A stretch of 63,868 nt of DNA, filler included, from Lenisia limosa (GCA_001655205.1; 14 parts of 14 records of this genome joined end to end with filler, not necessarily neighbours in it); one strand, 5' to 3'; shown: positions 1 to 13,409, counted from the whole stretch's first letter. Notes: a model not told the origin generated them from the sequence alone. Numbers and translations: made by a program.

Positions 1-14
1 CCCCCCCCCCCCAG

Positions 15-86
15 GTTCGTGACGAGTACATTAACGGTCATGTCCGTTCCGCCATGTTCGCTGTTCACCCCCCTGAAATCATCTAG
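15..86 (+). CDS. Terminal exon of an unidentified gene (VRDEYINGHVRSAMFAVHPPEII*)
   Basis: Follows a poly-C..CAG acceptor and is open to TAG. No family recognised. Confidence 0.4.
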   Translation, partial: VRDEYINGHVRSAMFAVHPPEII

Positions 87-1447
87 GTCACACTTAGTGT
101 ATAATGTATGGATTATCACTCTCGTTTGTGTCATTTCACTGGCTCATTACCTGATCCTTTGTAGTAATGTTTAAATGAGATGTTTCAGCAACCACAGCAA
201 TATCTTTCATATAATCTGGCTGCTTATTAGATTAATTGTAATTGTAATTCTAAGAAAGCCACAAAGCCATAGCCATTTTCCTAAAGGAGGAGTGGGTAAG
301 AAGTTGAACGTCCCGCCCCGCCTTCAAAAAAAAAGAGGAATAAAAGAGACTCTGGACCCCCTAAAATCTCCCCGTGAGTTCGACACACGTGGAGGGTACA
401 GGGGTGAAAGAGAGAAGGAGCTCCTCAAGTGATTTTTGTTTTGCAAAAGTGAGTGATAGACAGTCACTAGGCAGTTGAAGGAAAAGAACATTGGGAAGGA
501 CCCCCCTCCCCAACACCATCCGTCCAAACTTCTTTGCTTCAACGCTTAAGTCTTCTTTCAGGTTCGGTGAAGGTTTGATGAGAAGATGTGCTTAAACATC
601 GTAAGAGGCAAAAGGGAATAATATTATTAGACTCTTCAGATATTCATTGCTATAACTGTTGCTCTTTGTGGGGAGGTGCCTGTTTATTTTGTTAAAGTGG
701 ATAGATATGAGTAACTTGTATTACCATCACTTCTTTAATATTTGGTATGCGTAGTGGGGGGGAGGGAGCTTTTCATCCAAGTAACGAATAAGAAGAGATG
801 AAAAAATCTCAATTAAAACGTTTTCTTCTGAGTTAATAATCAAGTTGAAGTATTTTGTGATTCAATAGTTTAGCGTTCTCATACATATAAATGATAATGG
901 GTGACCTTTTTTGTAACAACGAAAAGGGGAGTTTTAATGAGGCGTAGTATACTTTTCTGAGAGGTATTGTTACGTATTCATTGTATCTACTGCGTTGATG
1001 TGTATCTGGCAATGGTGAGTTCTATCGTGAGGGTGTGGAGGGCTTCTATCAGACTTGCTTTATTGTTTCTCTTTTCTTCGTTTTGACTTCTTGCTTGGTG
1101 GACCCTTTCTAACCCGAAATTAGATGTCGGGCTCCCAGGACCCCAAATACCTTGCCAAGCTCCAGAGACGAAGAGACAGGCAAATCGAGAAGGATGAAGA
1201 GGAAAAGGTAGGAGGCCTCTGTGGGGGTTCAGAGCAGATGCCCTTGGATGGTGAAGACGAGAAGTATAGTTAAGGAGGGGGTGTGAAGGGTGGAGAGGTG
1301 CAGATGTGCAATAGTGTTGGGTGACATTGCCTCAATGAGGCTTTGAATAAATCCCAAAGTTATGAGATTAAGGCGATGGGGAAATCATGTGAATCATGCC
1401 ATATATGTGAACAGTATGATATGACCCTACTTTATCTTTTTAAAGCA

Positions 1448-2211
1448 CAATTTCTTTACAGCCCCGCTTTTCTGAATCTCTAAACAATTCATTTCTACGC
1501 CGGAGTGATGGGACTGGGCTTTGTGTATTTTGTTGTTATCAACCGTTAGCCAACAGAGTTGATTTTGGGCTTTTGTTTTAAATTTATGTACCTTTACTCC
1601 AATATTCTTCGAAATTTCCTTCGTTTACCCCCCCCCCCCNNNNNNNNNNNNNNNNNNNNNNNNNNNNNNNNNNNNNNNNNNNNNNNNNNNNNNNNNNNNN
1701 NNNNNNNNNNNNNNNNNNNNNNNNNNNNNNNNNNNNNNNCAAAGCCACCACTGACAATGACCAGGTTGGTTGGCTCTTAACTTGGGGTGTTCGCTATGTT
1801 TGAAAAAGACTCATAACATCTGGCGGTGTCCCCTATTGTTTAATATGATCATATGACTGAGTTTAGCTGTGTTTTCCACTGCAAGCATAATCTTCCCTAC
1901 ACGCTCCCAGCTTGATTGTTTTTTTTTTTGAAACCTGATTTATCTCATATGTTCTGCCAGGGGTACCCCACTTGGGCTTTTCCTTCCTCGTGATGATGTC
2001 AATTATCTTTATTATCAATCCTTGTCCTCTCTTGTAATATTCTGTATACTCAAATACATAAGCTTTACTGCCATAAATCCCCTTACCCTTACTTCTTCAT
2101 CGATTTTTTTTGATCTGTCCCCAGCCTGGACGATACCTTTCGCCAAACTCAGTAACAATCAAACAAACTCTTGAAGGCAACACGCTGACATACCGCACTG
2201 CTGGGCCCTGA
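1448..2211 (+). CDS. 3' exons of a hypothetical spliced gene
   Basis: AG-flanked open exons, e.g. GTPLGLFLPRDDVNYLYYQSLSSL (~1961-2033) and PGRYLSPNSVTIKQTLEGNTLTYRTAGP* (~2125-2211). Start boundary approximate. Confidence 0.35.
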
Positions 2212-2495
2212 AAGTCTCACTCACTGTAGTGTCATGGACATTAGAAAGCTTCATAATTGTTACTGTCGCTTCTAGACTCTGTCTTGCTTTTGGAGCCCTG
2301 TCAGCTCTGAAATAGACTCCCATTTGTTTCAATCAATCGTTTCTCCACAAAATTCTGCTGAATCATCCCTGAATACGTTCATCCTCCCACTCTCCTCTCT
2401 CTCTTGCCCCCCCCCCCCCCNNNNNNNNNNNNNNNNNNNNNNNNNNNNNNNNNNNNNNNNNNNNNNNNNNNNNNNNNNNNNNNNNNNNNNNNNNN

Positions 2496-4307
2496 GGGTA
2501 TCAGCGCTTTCAGAATTAGTCGAGGGCAGCACCCTGTCTTTCCCGTGAAGATGGCTGCGAGGTAAAAGATTGTGAACACATAGAATCCTAGACTCTCAAT
2601 GGATTCACAAAATATGGGCTTTTACGAAATGGGGAGCCGAATTGAAATCCAATGAAATATCTGTAAGTTACTGGCATCAAATGCTGCAGATATGATCTAC
2701 GATTATATCAAGGAGTTTTGTCAACATCTCTGAATTGCGCTTTTAATATTAATCAAGGATCATATACAATGACTGTGGTAAGTCTTGACTAAATTATCAA
2801 GACTGTTCACGGTCAGTGTGCGTAATATTTGACTCAAAGTTAAAAGCAGGCCTCTGCCCCCATACATGCATTTGGGATTGGTGCAGCTGTCGCCAAACTT
2901 ACAGCGACCGACTTTATAGGAATTCTGGAGAGTCAAAGGTGGGGGGTACGTTTATATATCGTACGCTTCTGTTACTATTTGAGGGTTTCGCGAGATGTGC
3001 AGAAAAGGGAAACGCCATATATCCCCATTCAGTATATGTTGACATGTCAAACAATAAATGAAGATGAAGATACCCCCCCCCCCNNNNNNNNNNNNNNNNN
3101 NNNNNNNNNNNNNNNNNNNNNNNNNNNNNNNNNNNNNNNNNNNNNNNNNNNNNNNNNNNNNNNNNNNNNNNNNNNNNNNCCATAGCGGCAGATCTGTGAC
3201 TGGCTCCGAGGAAGAGCTGGCGGGGTCAGTTCCAAGATAACGGATTGATACCTTATTGGTCCTTGTATTATAGCCGTTGTTATTCCCTCAATCAATAGAA
3301 GTTCAGACTATTATTAACTTCAAAACCTGGCGATTGGAAAGAAGCCCAATTCGAAGTCCTTTCACTCACATTTTGTATCGCGCACCGGGCTCACTCGAAG
3401 GTCCTGGGGGGGGGGGGGNNNNNNNNNNNNNNNNNNNNNNNNNNNNNNNNNNNNNNNNNNNNNNNNNNNNNNNNNNNNNNNNNNNNNNNNNNNNNNNNNN
3501 NNNNNNNNNNNNNNNNNNNNNNNNNNNNNNNNNNNNNNNNNNNNNNNNNNNNNNNNNNNNNNNNNNNNNNNNNNNNNNNNNNNNNNNNNNNNNNNNNNNN
3601 NNNNNNNNNNNNNNNNNNNNNNNNNNNNNNNNNNNNNNNNNATAAAAAAACTGAATCAACTCTGGTGGCTAAACATTGAAACGAAGGAAATTTTGATGAA
3701 GACCATTAGTCACTGACCGAATAATCTCAAACCCTTGACACACAAAAAAAGCACCCAAAAAGAACCCTAAACACAAAACGCAGACATCAAATCAATTTGA
3801 CACAACCACAACAAAGCGAAACGGTGGAGGTGGAGGTGGATGGTGCTCATGGAATGCGGTTCTGCAACACTTCTCTAACAGGNNNNNNNNNNNNNNNNNN
3901 NNNNNNNNNNNNNNNNNNNNNNNNNNNNNNNNNNNNNNNNNNNNNNNNNNNNNNNNNNNNAACAGAAAACAGCACCCCCTTACGGATTTGCTGAAACTGG
4001 CCCACTCGTCCTGGGAATACGACTGTGCTGAGTTGGGCCTTGGCTGGAACGAAGATGAGGATTGGCTGCTGGAGGGGCGGTATTGGTAGTTGCTGCCACC
4101 GCGCCCCCTTCCACGGCCTCCCCGTCCGCGATATCCGCCTCGCCCTGGAGGTATGAAACAAAAACAAGAAATGGGGTGACCCAATCCGGAGAAATAGATG
4201 CGAAAGAAAAGTTGGGGGAAAGTGTAGAGAAATCCAATCCACGTGTATATTCGGAAATTAAGGATGCACCTACCTCTAGCCTGTACACCTCCACGAGAGC
4301 TCTGAAA
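2496..4307 (-). CDS. RGG-rich RNA-binding protein with Nab2/ZC3H14-type CCCH zinc finger (partial, multi-exon)
   Basis: Exon GRGGYRGRGGRGRGRGGSNYQY (~3985-4147). Splicing ...CKFGDSCTNPKC(I) (~2864-2925) to HLHGKDRV (~2546) gives C-x5-C-x4-C-x3-H. Gaps interrupt the model. Confidence 0.55.
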
Positions 4308-4376
4308 TAGTCAGAATTAGGCAAGAAAATTAAGACAGCACCAAAGACAGACAAACAGCAACAGCCCCCCCCCCCC

Positions 4377-4476
4377 NNNNNNNNNNNNNNNNNNNNNNNN
4401 NNNNNNNNNNNNNNNNNNNNTTAATTAATTAANNNNNNNNNNNNNNNNNNNNNNNNNNNNNNNNNNNNNNNNNNNN
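4377..4476. other. Artificial scaffold-joining spacer (first of 13)
   Basis: Exactly 44 N + TTAATTAATTAA (stops in all six frames) + 44 N. The same 100-nt spacer recurs at 13310, 18427, 20948, 23126, 30614, 34769, 36944, 40369, 48997, 51049, 53069 and 62205, so neighbours across spacers are not linked. Confidence 0.97.
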
Positions 4477-4949
4477 AAAAATGAAAAAGCGTTCGCGTTA
4501 ATGTTTGTGTTCGCGTTCATGTATGGTCACCTATATCATATATCATATACTATACATAATACATATGATATCATATGATATCATATAGTATATATAGCTA
4601 CATACTATATATACTATATATATAGATATATGATATGCATAATATATATATTATATGATATATATATACTATATATGCATAATATATATACTATATGATA
4701 TATACTATATATATGTATATATGATAGTATATAATATAATATGATATACTATATGATATGATATATAGTTGTATGTTTATATCATACTATATACTATATC
4801 ATATGATACACTATATATATCATATACTATATATAATACTATATCATATAATTATACTATATAAAACTAATTCAGCATTACCTAACCAATTTAGGAGAAG
4901 AAATGCTGATGCCTCGAGGTCAATTTTGGAGGACTTCACTTCAAACTGA
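4477..4949 (+). CDS. C-terminal exons of a probable membrane protein, split by a TA-rich low-complexity intron
   Basis: NEKAFALMFVFAFMY spliced to ALPNQFRRRNADASRSILEDFTSN* in one possible phase. The splice choice is ambiguous. Confidence 0.3.
4510..4865. repeat. Degenerate (TA)n/(TATAG/TATGA) low-complexity tract
   Basis: About 350 nt almost entirely alternating T/A. Confidence 0.9.
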
Positions 4950-5689
4950 CGGAAAACTTCTACTATATGTAGTCGTGGGGGGTGCAATGCTGTAACTCGT
5001 TGTCGAACAAGATCCTTCATCCGTCTCCCTCCCTCCTTTTTTTTCTCTATTGCTGAACAAGTTTTCTTTTATTATGTTTATGTCCTTTCACCTTTGGATT
5101 AAAAAATGTGTCACCAGATTGATCTATCACATATGCGTTTTAAATAGTGATTTGAAACGAAAAAAATAATTATGACTGTCACGGTTTATGTCCGGGAGCA
5201 TATGAATATTAATGATTTGAATACAAAGTGCTTTCCTATGATGAATCCTAAATCCTTTGAAGTTAACTGGCCAACCTCGATGCGGACTCGTCCGACTCAG
5301 ACACATTGCATGAGCTAACCAATTAGTCACAAGGGCCCAATTGAAAATAATTATGGGTTTGGGTGGATTAGCAGGAAACAAAACTTGTGCTTGGATATCA
5401 AACAAGACACCCCTCAATCATCCATCCGGAGGGACGTGATCGACGCCACTTTGACCCGGGCGTGAGAAGACACGGTGGCCACTGACGTCACTTTTGAGGA
5501 AGCAGTCTTTTTTGAATGGCATATCTAAAAGTTCATCTAAAAAACACACTCAAATGACATGATAACAAATTGATTTATGGTATCGCTCTGCATCTTTAGA
5601 GATTTAATTGTCGCGTTATCTTGCTTTTAAAACAAAAATCTGAAGCTGTCATTTGCTTGAAAACTACCAGCCCGCTTACAGACGGCAGG

Positions 5690-7356
5690 CCTCAACTCGC
5701 TTCTCCTCTGAGCAAGGTTCTGCGGTGACTTCATCAGGTTCTGAGGGGAAAATCACTGAATCAGTCCAACTACCCTCTGAACTCTCTCGTTTGGCAATCT
5801 CAGCGAAGTGACTGCTTTCAAACTGCATTAAATTGCGACATAAACAGTTACTACCAACTTTCCGACATAATACGACTTAAACCGAGATTGTAATGGTCAG
5901 TGGAGGTAGCGATATAGTATGTTCCTTAAGCAAAATAAAATTGCCCCCAGTGAAATACATTCAGTTGACCTGGAGGAAGAAAGAGAGGGACTTCAAAAGA
6001 AGGCAAGGGAAAGCTATACTGACATATAAACTAGTATCATTTAGTATTGAAGTAAATTGGATTAAGCTTAAGGGACATCGCTCTAAAAGAGAACTAAATC
6101 CTCCAGAATCCAAACTTAATTTATACAAAGCAAGTTCTGCTGCTCTGTTCTTGGCAAGTTTCTGGCGTCTCCTCACAGCTTTGAACTCACTTTGAACTTG
6201 GTATTTATAAGCAAACGATACGCAGACAGGCAGCTACTCTCCTTTTAATCCTAAAATCTAAACTAGAAGTGTTTTGCGGGGGAGAAAAAGCCTTTTGAGG
6301 GCTGATTCTAGACTAAACATTTATTCTAACTGCACTTTTAATCTAATATAGCAAACCATAAGAAAAGCGAAAGGTGGTCAGAGCAGGAACTGGGACACGT
6401 CATAATTAGCCATTCCAATCTCGGTTTAGATAGTTAATTTGTTAATTTACATCATAGAACAAGAAGATCAATAAATCTAACAGTAATGGTTAATTACCAA
6501 ACCAAATTGGCCCAATTTGGTTTGTTGACCCATGTGTCAGTGCACTTCTGCAAAAAAAAAATAATACTCTGATGTTTGATATTCTCCTCCAATAAGTAGA
6601 AGCAAAGAGTTACTCAAACTACAAGAATTATTTCTTCCACCCACCTCACATAGGGATTGGGGCAATCTGGGCTGTGGCCCCGTGTCTCAGTACACTTCGG
6701 CAGACATATTCACCCTCTCCAGTCAGCACTTCCTCGACTGTTGGCATGCATTCTCTGAAAAGGGGTGGGCTTCCTCTCAGCAGCTCGCTTACCTTGAAGG
6801 GACATCCAGTGTCTGCAATACCCTTAAAATGCACAAGAAGAGGTAATATCCCCTTATCACCCTAAACACCAAAAATACACTGGTGTCCAAAAGCAAACCA
6901 ATTGGTCCAATTCATACTTATTCTCACAAGTATTGGGAGCTATCTGTTGACACGATAACAAATAAAATACTGTCCTGTTTTCTCAGTCTGGGTGCACGCA
7001 GCCTGAAAGTGTAAGCTTGGGGAACTATTTGAAGAAACTGGTGATTTCACCATGCCCCATTACTGTAACTAATGACTTTCCCTCCCGCCGAGCCCACGCC
7101 GGCTCTCTTCACTTGTCCGAGACAGCTCTGTGAACGATACGAGAGTCTCGACTGTGATGACAGAGTCTAGCTTCGTCAGGAAAACACCTAAACCAAAAAA
7201 ATGGGTAAAAACAAACAGTTGAATACCGGTCATAAAGTAAAGCAGATTGGGTGCCCCACTCACTCCATCGGAGTCAACAATGACGAAGCTCTTTCCGTCG
7301 CACTCGCGGAGAGCTCGGGACCCGAGGACTGTGCCCTCCGCGACGCCTGAGCTCAT
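5690..7356 (-). CDS. Hypothetical multi-exon gene; one segment resembles a dsRNA-binding-motif helix
   Basis: Open, splice-flanked segments include MSSGVAEGTVLGSRALRECDGKSFVIVDSDG, GIADTGCPFK and FAYKYQVQSEFKAVRRRQKLAKNRAAELALYKL. KLAKNRAAELAL is like the dsRBD KKxAxxxAAxxAL helix. The model is not resolved. Confidence 0.3.
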
Positions 7357-8455
7357 GATTCTGCTCGGTTAATAATATCTGTAATCCGAAGCACTTCACA
7401 AATCCACTATATATTATCGTATAGTGTTGGTGTTATTCCGAAAAGTTTATTCACTCCTACCATGACTTGATGTTTTAATTCACTCCTGCCATGATTTGAT
7501 ATTTTTTCATCTCAGTGAGATAGATTTGTCTTGATACTCATTCTAGAGGAAACGATAAAAGATAACGTCAAGCAGATCTGAGTGGAAATATACCCAAGAT
7601 CCAGGGCTAACTTATAAGAAAGACCTCTTTACGTTTCACATTGGCGGATTCCTCCCTGGTCGGGTAACCCGAACTTGAATGAACGACCCTAAAAACTGTC
7701 ATTACAATATCAATAGTGAAAACAAATACCAAGATCACGAAAGTGAGATTGACTCATCAGAAGAAAGTGATGATACTTTTCATGAATTTAAATATGTGCT
7801 ACGGCAACAACTTGTCAATTGGGGTAGCGAACTTGGGGTCAATGACCTGTGTCTGTAGGTGGGGTCTTTAGGTCTGCAAAGCCGAGGTTCCCTTCGTACG
7901 AATCCAATACGGCGGCATACGAATGGCTCTGATGCAGCCGCATTTCACAGTACACTAAAAGCGTTAGTTGGTGAGAGATAATAAAGAAACAGATGGAATA
8001 GAAACACCAACTTCGCCGAGATTTGTTGGGCTGTATTATGTTGTATCGCTTGGTTCATTTTCTTAATCTTCGTATCCCAGGCAAATAAGAGAGTAGTATG
8101 TCAGCTCGACGTGATATGTTCGGTTACATTCGAAGTGAATGAAAACAAAAATAATTTTGAGCTTTTTGTATCAAAATGACAAAACAAAAACATCGTTGAA
8201 TTACAGTTCATAGCAAGAGGCTATGTTAAATGACATAGTAGATATGGCCTTCCCGATAGTGACACACTCGGACTGTCCAGTGTGGTGGTGGGTGGCTCGC
8301 CTTACAGATTTAGTACCTTAAAAAAAGTATCTACACAATCACATACTGGAATGAACGAGGTCAATTCGCCACGTTGTGGTTGGACCTAAAGTCAATTACA
8401 GAAGTATATCCTGAAATTCATTTAGAGTTTTTCTGTAATAATAAACATTGTCTAA

Positions 8456-8708
8456 AAACAATCTCCAACTAACATGGGGAACACCATTCCGCGCAGGAAC
8501 GTGATGCCCTGCGTGACCAAGTCTAGGATCGACTTTCGGGTCACCGCGCTTTGGAAGAGTAGGCTCTAAATCATTACTTTTGTCAAACAACAATCTCCAA
8601 CTAACATGGGGAAGACCGTTCCGCACAGGAACGCAATGCCCTGGGTGGTCGAGTCAAGGACCGATATTCGGGTCATCGCGCTTTGGAAGAGTAGGCTCTA
8701 AATCATTA
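8456..8708. repeat. Tandem duplication, 132-bp period, 2 diverged copies
   Basis: ATCTCCAACTAACATGGGGAA at 8461 and 8593; GTAGGCTCTAAATCATTA at about 8559 and 8691. Confidence 0.9.
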
Positions 8709-9808
8709 ATTGAGGCAATAAAGAAGATAGAGGAGAAAACTACAGCTGAGGCGCTCCGTAAGTTTTCACCCCATAAAAAGAAGAATGTTGGTCGATATTC
8801 CCATAACTTGAGCTTACTTTCCAACAAAAGCCTTCATAGCTTTTGCGACAACAAACGCGGCGGGTGGTTTGGAATCTTTGGGGGCTTTACCTTCCAGGCC
8901 TCGGGACTTTAGATGGCTGGGGCCAATACCAGAATCGAGGGCTTCGAGAAGCTGTGATGGTTGAATAACATGAACGCACCAAATCGTGGGAATAGAGTGA
9001 AGTACAATTGTGGATATTTTTAGACTGCACAACGACGGGCTGTAAAATGTACCATAATTTATTTTTTTAACTTAACTTTTTTCTGTTGTGGTTTTCATTT
9101 TTATGCTTCAAAATGTGTACTGTAACTGACCAGTATCCCTCTGACTCTTTAGTCACACAGTTTTTCTCCTCCCAAAGGGTTTGAAGCGAGAATCGGCAAG
9201 AGGCCATTGATCAACGAACTGATGCTTGTTTTTTATTATTATTTTGAAATACAGGTTGATTATTATATTTTTTGGTAATATTATTATAATAAGCTGATGG
9301 GCAAAGCTGTTTCAAGATTGCTTTCGAGTGAAAAAGTTTGGATGAACACACAGGGACAACAGGGGATTTTCCTGATGTCGAACCTTGTCATTCTCTTGGC
9401 TTGTTTCTTCCAACTTGAAAAAATGAATAAAAAGGGATTTTTGGTTGTTGGGGGGTGGACTGGAGAGAAGAATGGACAGTCAGTTATCCTTATCCATCAT
9501 CTCTACACCTCTGACCGGAAAACAATATTTCTAACATGGTCACTTATTTGCTGTTAGTAAAACAACATTCATAGACAAATTTGAACACTGTGTTTGAAGA
9601 TGCTGCACTTGAAAAACCCCGAAGTTCCTACTTGAGTTCCAATTCAGGTAAGGAAATCTAGTCTGTCCTAGTTCAGAGGGGCGGGGGGGGGGGGNNNNNN
9701 NNNNNNNNNNNNNNNNNNNNNNNNNNNNNNNNNNNNNNNNNNNNNNNNNNNNNNNNNNNNNNNNNNNNNNNNNNNNNNNNNNNNNNNNNNNNNNNNNNNN
9801 NNNNNNNN

Positions 9809-12800
9809 CTAAATTCCCGTGTGGAGAGTATCTTCCGTGTCTGGTAAGTCCTCCATTTCAAATCCCTTGGGGCTTGGCTTTTTGCTTTGATGATGAGAAG
9901 TCATTACAACGAAGTGACTATTCCATTGATCATTATATTATACCTAGAAAAGAGACAAATATCCTAATCGATACCATCCATACTACTCATCATATAATAT
10001 ATTATAATAATATGCTTACCTTCCGCCTTTACAGAGAAGAGCCACGGCCACACACGATCCAAAAAGGGCAAGAGCTCCCACAACGCCAACTGCAACCACA
10101 ACCGGTCCAATACTGTCTTCATCCGTGGTATTGTCCAAAGGTAGCTCCTTTTGAGGGACGGGCTTAAGATCAAATGATTGCGTAGCGCGCATGTTATTGG
10201 CGTTAATAATGACGTATACCCTTGCCGGGAGAAGAGGCTTGGGATCCCCGATGGAGCTTGATGAAGAGGATGACGAGATTTCGAAGGTGTTGTCTGTCTT
10301 GTAATAGAGTGCAAGAGAAAGCTTGACCTTGGAAGTCGGGGTGGCTGTGATCAGGTCGTTTTCCCTGAAAACAGCAATATCGTAAGAGGAGAGTTCTGAT
10401 TTTTGGGCATCAACCACAGGGGTAGAATAATCAGTTGACGCAGCGTAGCAGGAAGCAAGGGAGGAACAGAATCCATGCGGCTGGAGAGCTGGTGCTGGGG
10501 TGATGCTAGGGGTTGAGATATCCAAGTAAGCACCAATGGGGTCAAAGTAGACCTTCAGTACAATGTTCTTTGACGAGACTGAGACAAGGCTAGGCTTCTC
10601 TTGGAAGGTGGAATGGCTGGATTGCCGGGGGACAAGAGAGCTTTCTTCTTGGAATGTCGCATTGAAACTCACTTCTTGAGTGCCTATGGGGGCTTCTTTG
10701 CTGACAACCTGGTACCCAGATCGTGCTTCAACCTCAATCATTGATGTGGCATAGTCGGCGTTGGTGACAAGGAACTCGGATGTGACATTTGTGAGGTAGA
10801 CAAACTGAAGCGGAGTGTCGAGGCTGATGGCTGAGAGTAAGGAGGTTGTAGAGGTCACGTGCCTAGTGCTGAACAGTACTGCGCGGTATGGGTCTCGAAC
10901 AAGCGATTCCGCCTGCCACTCCCATTCGCCAGCAGAAACGTAGTTGAAGGACACCGTTTGCCACGTATCACGTGATGCTGCAAGGGGGAGAGCCATGGTG
11001 TATTTCTGACTGGTTCCGGAGGCAAGGCAGGAGACACTTGGGGTTGACTTGAAGCAAATTGTGATGTTAGTGGCCTGATTGCCCTTAACAGCCATCATGA
11101 GGGTCGGAGCAAGAGCAAACAGAATTCCGGATGTCTTGGTTCCATCAGACAAAAAGCTGCCTCCTTCAAGTTGAACAATTCCATGAGGAGCTTCGCGGCT
11201 CTGAATCAATGTTGGCCCTGGAATAGCAACTTCCATATCGGGATTGTCGATGTCGGAAGTTAGGAGCTGGCCGCGATCACCAGTAGCAAAAAGGGGGGCT
11301 GTGGAGCCATAGATTCCCAACCCAGGCTGGGTGGAGGTGGTGGATGGTGTGCTGGAGTAGAAGTAGCGGAACTGATCGCCGAAATGCGGAGAGTCCGAGG
11401 TAAACATGAGGCGGAGGAACGTGGAGTTGCCTTGAGTAAAGGTTTCAGCATGGTGTGGGATGCTCGAGGTAGTAAGTGTAGTAGTGCAAGGAGATTCGTT
11501 GGTAGCACAGCGGACAGAGTCACCATAACGGCCCAAAAGAGAACCAGAGTTGAGGTTCAGGTCATAGGCGTTGAGTTGAAGAGTGGACAAGTTGATGAGT
11601 GCGATGCATGGTTGCGAGGGAGCTCCCTCGAGTGCGCTGACGGTGAAGTCAAACCATTTCTGAGGCTCAACAACGTAGATTGAAAAGGTGTCACTAAACG
11701 AGAACACAACACTGGGTTCACTTGAGGAGAAGGAAACAGAGAGGAAGTGGGAGCCTAGGCCAAGAAGAACTGAAGGAATCTTAGTACTGATAGTGACGTA
11801 AGAACGCGATCTTGGGAGGATGATCTTCTTCGATAATACGGTTGTGCCACCCTTTGATATTACCATATTAATAGAGGTGTCTTTGGAAAGACCAACGTAC
11901 TCAATGGCGTAATTGACCGTTGAAGTAGCCATCATTTCAACAATGGGATTAACAAGGTCTTGAAAAACTATTCGTGAGGCGAACCGCTCAAGCCGGAACT
12001 GAACAGTTGGTGCTCCTAAAACAATCTTGCATCTTCCTTCAAATTCCTCCACGGAGACTTCAGCAACGTGCTTAGCATTCAGCTTATTAAAGACCATGGC
12101 GTTGGTACAGTCCTGGTGAGGTACGGTGGCCACCATATATCTTTCATATGGGGGGTTAGACTCCAAAGGAAGCCCGGAATTTTTCTCTGATATAGTTACT
12201 TCAGCAACAGGCCCCATAGAAGTGTAGCTCATTGAGCCCTCTTGGCTGAGAGTTAAGAACAAAGGCAGCTTCGAACAGCCTGAAACACTGCATGCTCCTT
12301 CATTGCGAAGAGTAACGTGAGTTCCTGACGAAAAGGAGACCGCAAAATTGAGAGACTCTTCAAGGTCAATCCACGTTTCCTTCTGATAGGCATTTACGGT
12401 AGCCTGATCTGTGTAAGTCACCACCACGATATCCGCATTGGTTTCAATATTGATACCCCAAACTCCCATTGAACAAATCTCCCAGTCGTTATCCGTAGAT
12501 AAGTTGATGGCGGTGCGATAGAGGGTTAAGGACTGACTATGGTCACTTGTGACAAATATACCCTTCATCGAACACCCAAAGTTAATATCGGTATTAACCG
12601 TGACCTTATCGTCACTAAACCTTCGGGTGGCATCAAGGATGGTCAGAATGTTATGCGTGCTATTCAAGTCCGTTGGTCCATAGTCCATACGGTTGCTATC
12701 GTCCCCAAGAAACTGTGGGAGAATCTTTTTATCCCAGTTATACCCAGCGCCAGCGTCAAGAAGAGACATTGCCACAAAAGACTGGTTGAAATGGGCGTCC

Positions 12801-13062
12801 ATCGGACTGCCATCAAGGTCTTTGATCTTGGCAGAAAGTACCCGAGTCTCGTCAATTCCGGTTTGATACCATTCAGAAGAAAAGATAACTCGATCTTCCG
12901 GTGGTGTAATCACGGAGCCTTCCTTGAACGCATTCCAAGAGTTAAGGACGCAGCGAGTTTTGAGGGGAATCTGTCCTTTCACCCGGTCCAGGAGGAGAAG
13001 GGTTCCTGGGGTAATGAAGCGGCCATCGATCGTAGTCGGCGCACCAGTTGGCCACTTGCCTC
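9809..13062 (-). CDS. Large type I membrane/surface protein (>1000 aa) with a CUB-like domain; predicted exons 10020-13062 and 9809-9917, 5' exon(s) missing
   Basis: 1036-aa ORF with a hydrophobic C-terminal helix VVVAVGVVGALALFGSCVAVALLC. An AG|GTAAGC donor at 10019 splices in frame to the tail SHFVVMTSHHQSKKPSPKGFEMEDLPDTEDTLHTGI*. CUB-like motifs are YDLNLNSGSLLGRYG and STFLRLMFTSDSPHFGDQFRYFYSS. No signal peptide at the ORF Met; a TTTTCACAG acceptor lies at 13063. Confidence 0.75.
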
Positions 13063-13409
13063 CTGTGAAAATAAGCTGCTTGTTTTCAGGAGTAAAGCCA
13101 TATTTACAGCATATATGTATATGCAAGCTGCTATTGTCATAATATATCCTAATAATATATAATATATTATATCATATATACATATATATATATACTATAT
13201 ATATCATATGCGTCAGTTCGAAATTCCGGTTTTTTTGCAAGATCCGGTTTTTTTTTTTTCTTTTTCTTTTTTTCTTCTTTTTAAGGTTTTTTTTCTTCTT
13301 CTATTTCTCNNNNNNNNNNNNNNNNNNNNNNNNNNNNNNNNNNNNNNNNNNNNTTAATTAATTAANNNNNNNNNNNNNNNNNNNNNNNNNNNNNNNNNNN
13401 NNNNNNNNN

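Noticed and set aside
4421-4432. Recurring TTAATTAATTAA palindrome (13 times) as a biological motif
   Set aside because: It is always centred in exactly 44+44 N, so it is an artificial six-frame-stop linker. For the same reason no gene-neighbourhood inference was made across scaffolds.
4510-4865. TA-rich tract as telomere, origin or organellar insertion
   Set aside because: It is a degenerate microsatellite between splice-like sites, and similar tracts occur in other introns (13140-13210, 39770-40070).
12539-13162. 207-aa plus-strand ORF
   Set aside because: It is an antisense shadow of the 1036-aa minus-strand ORF, with no motif or splice support.
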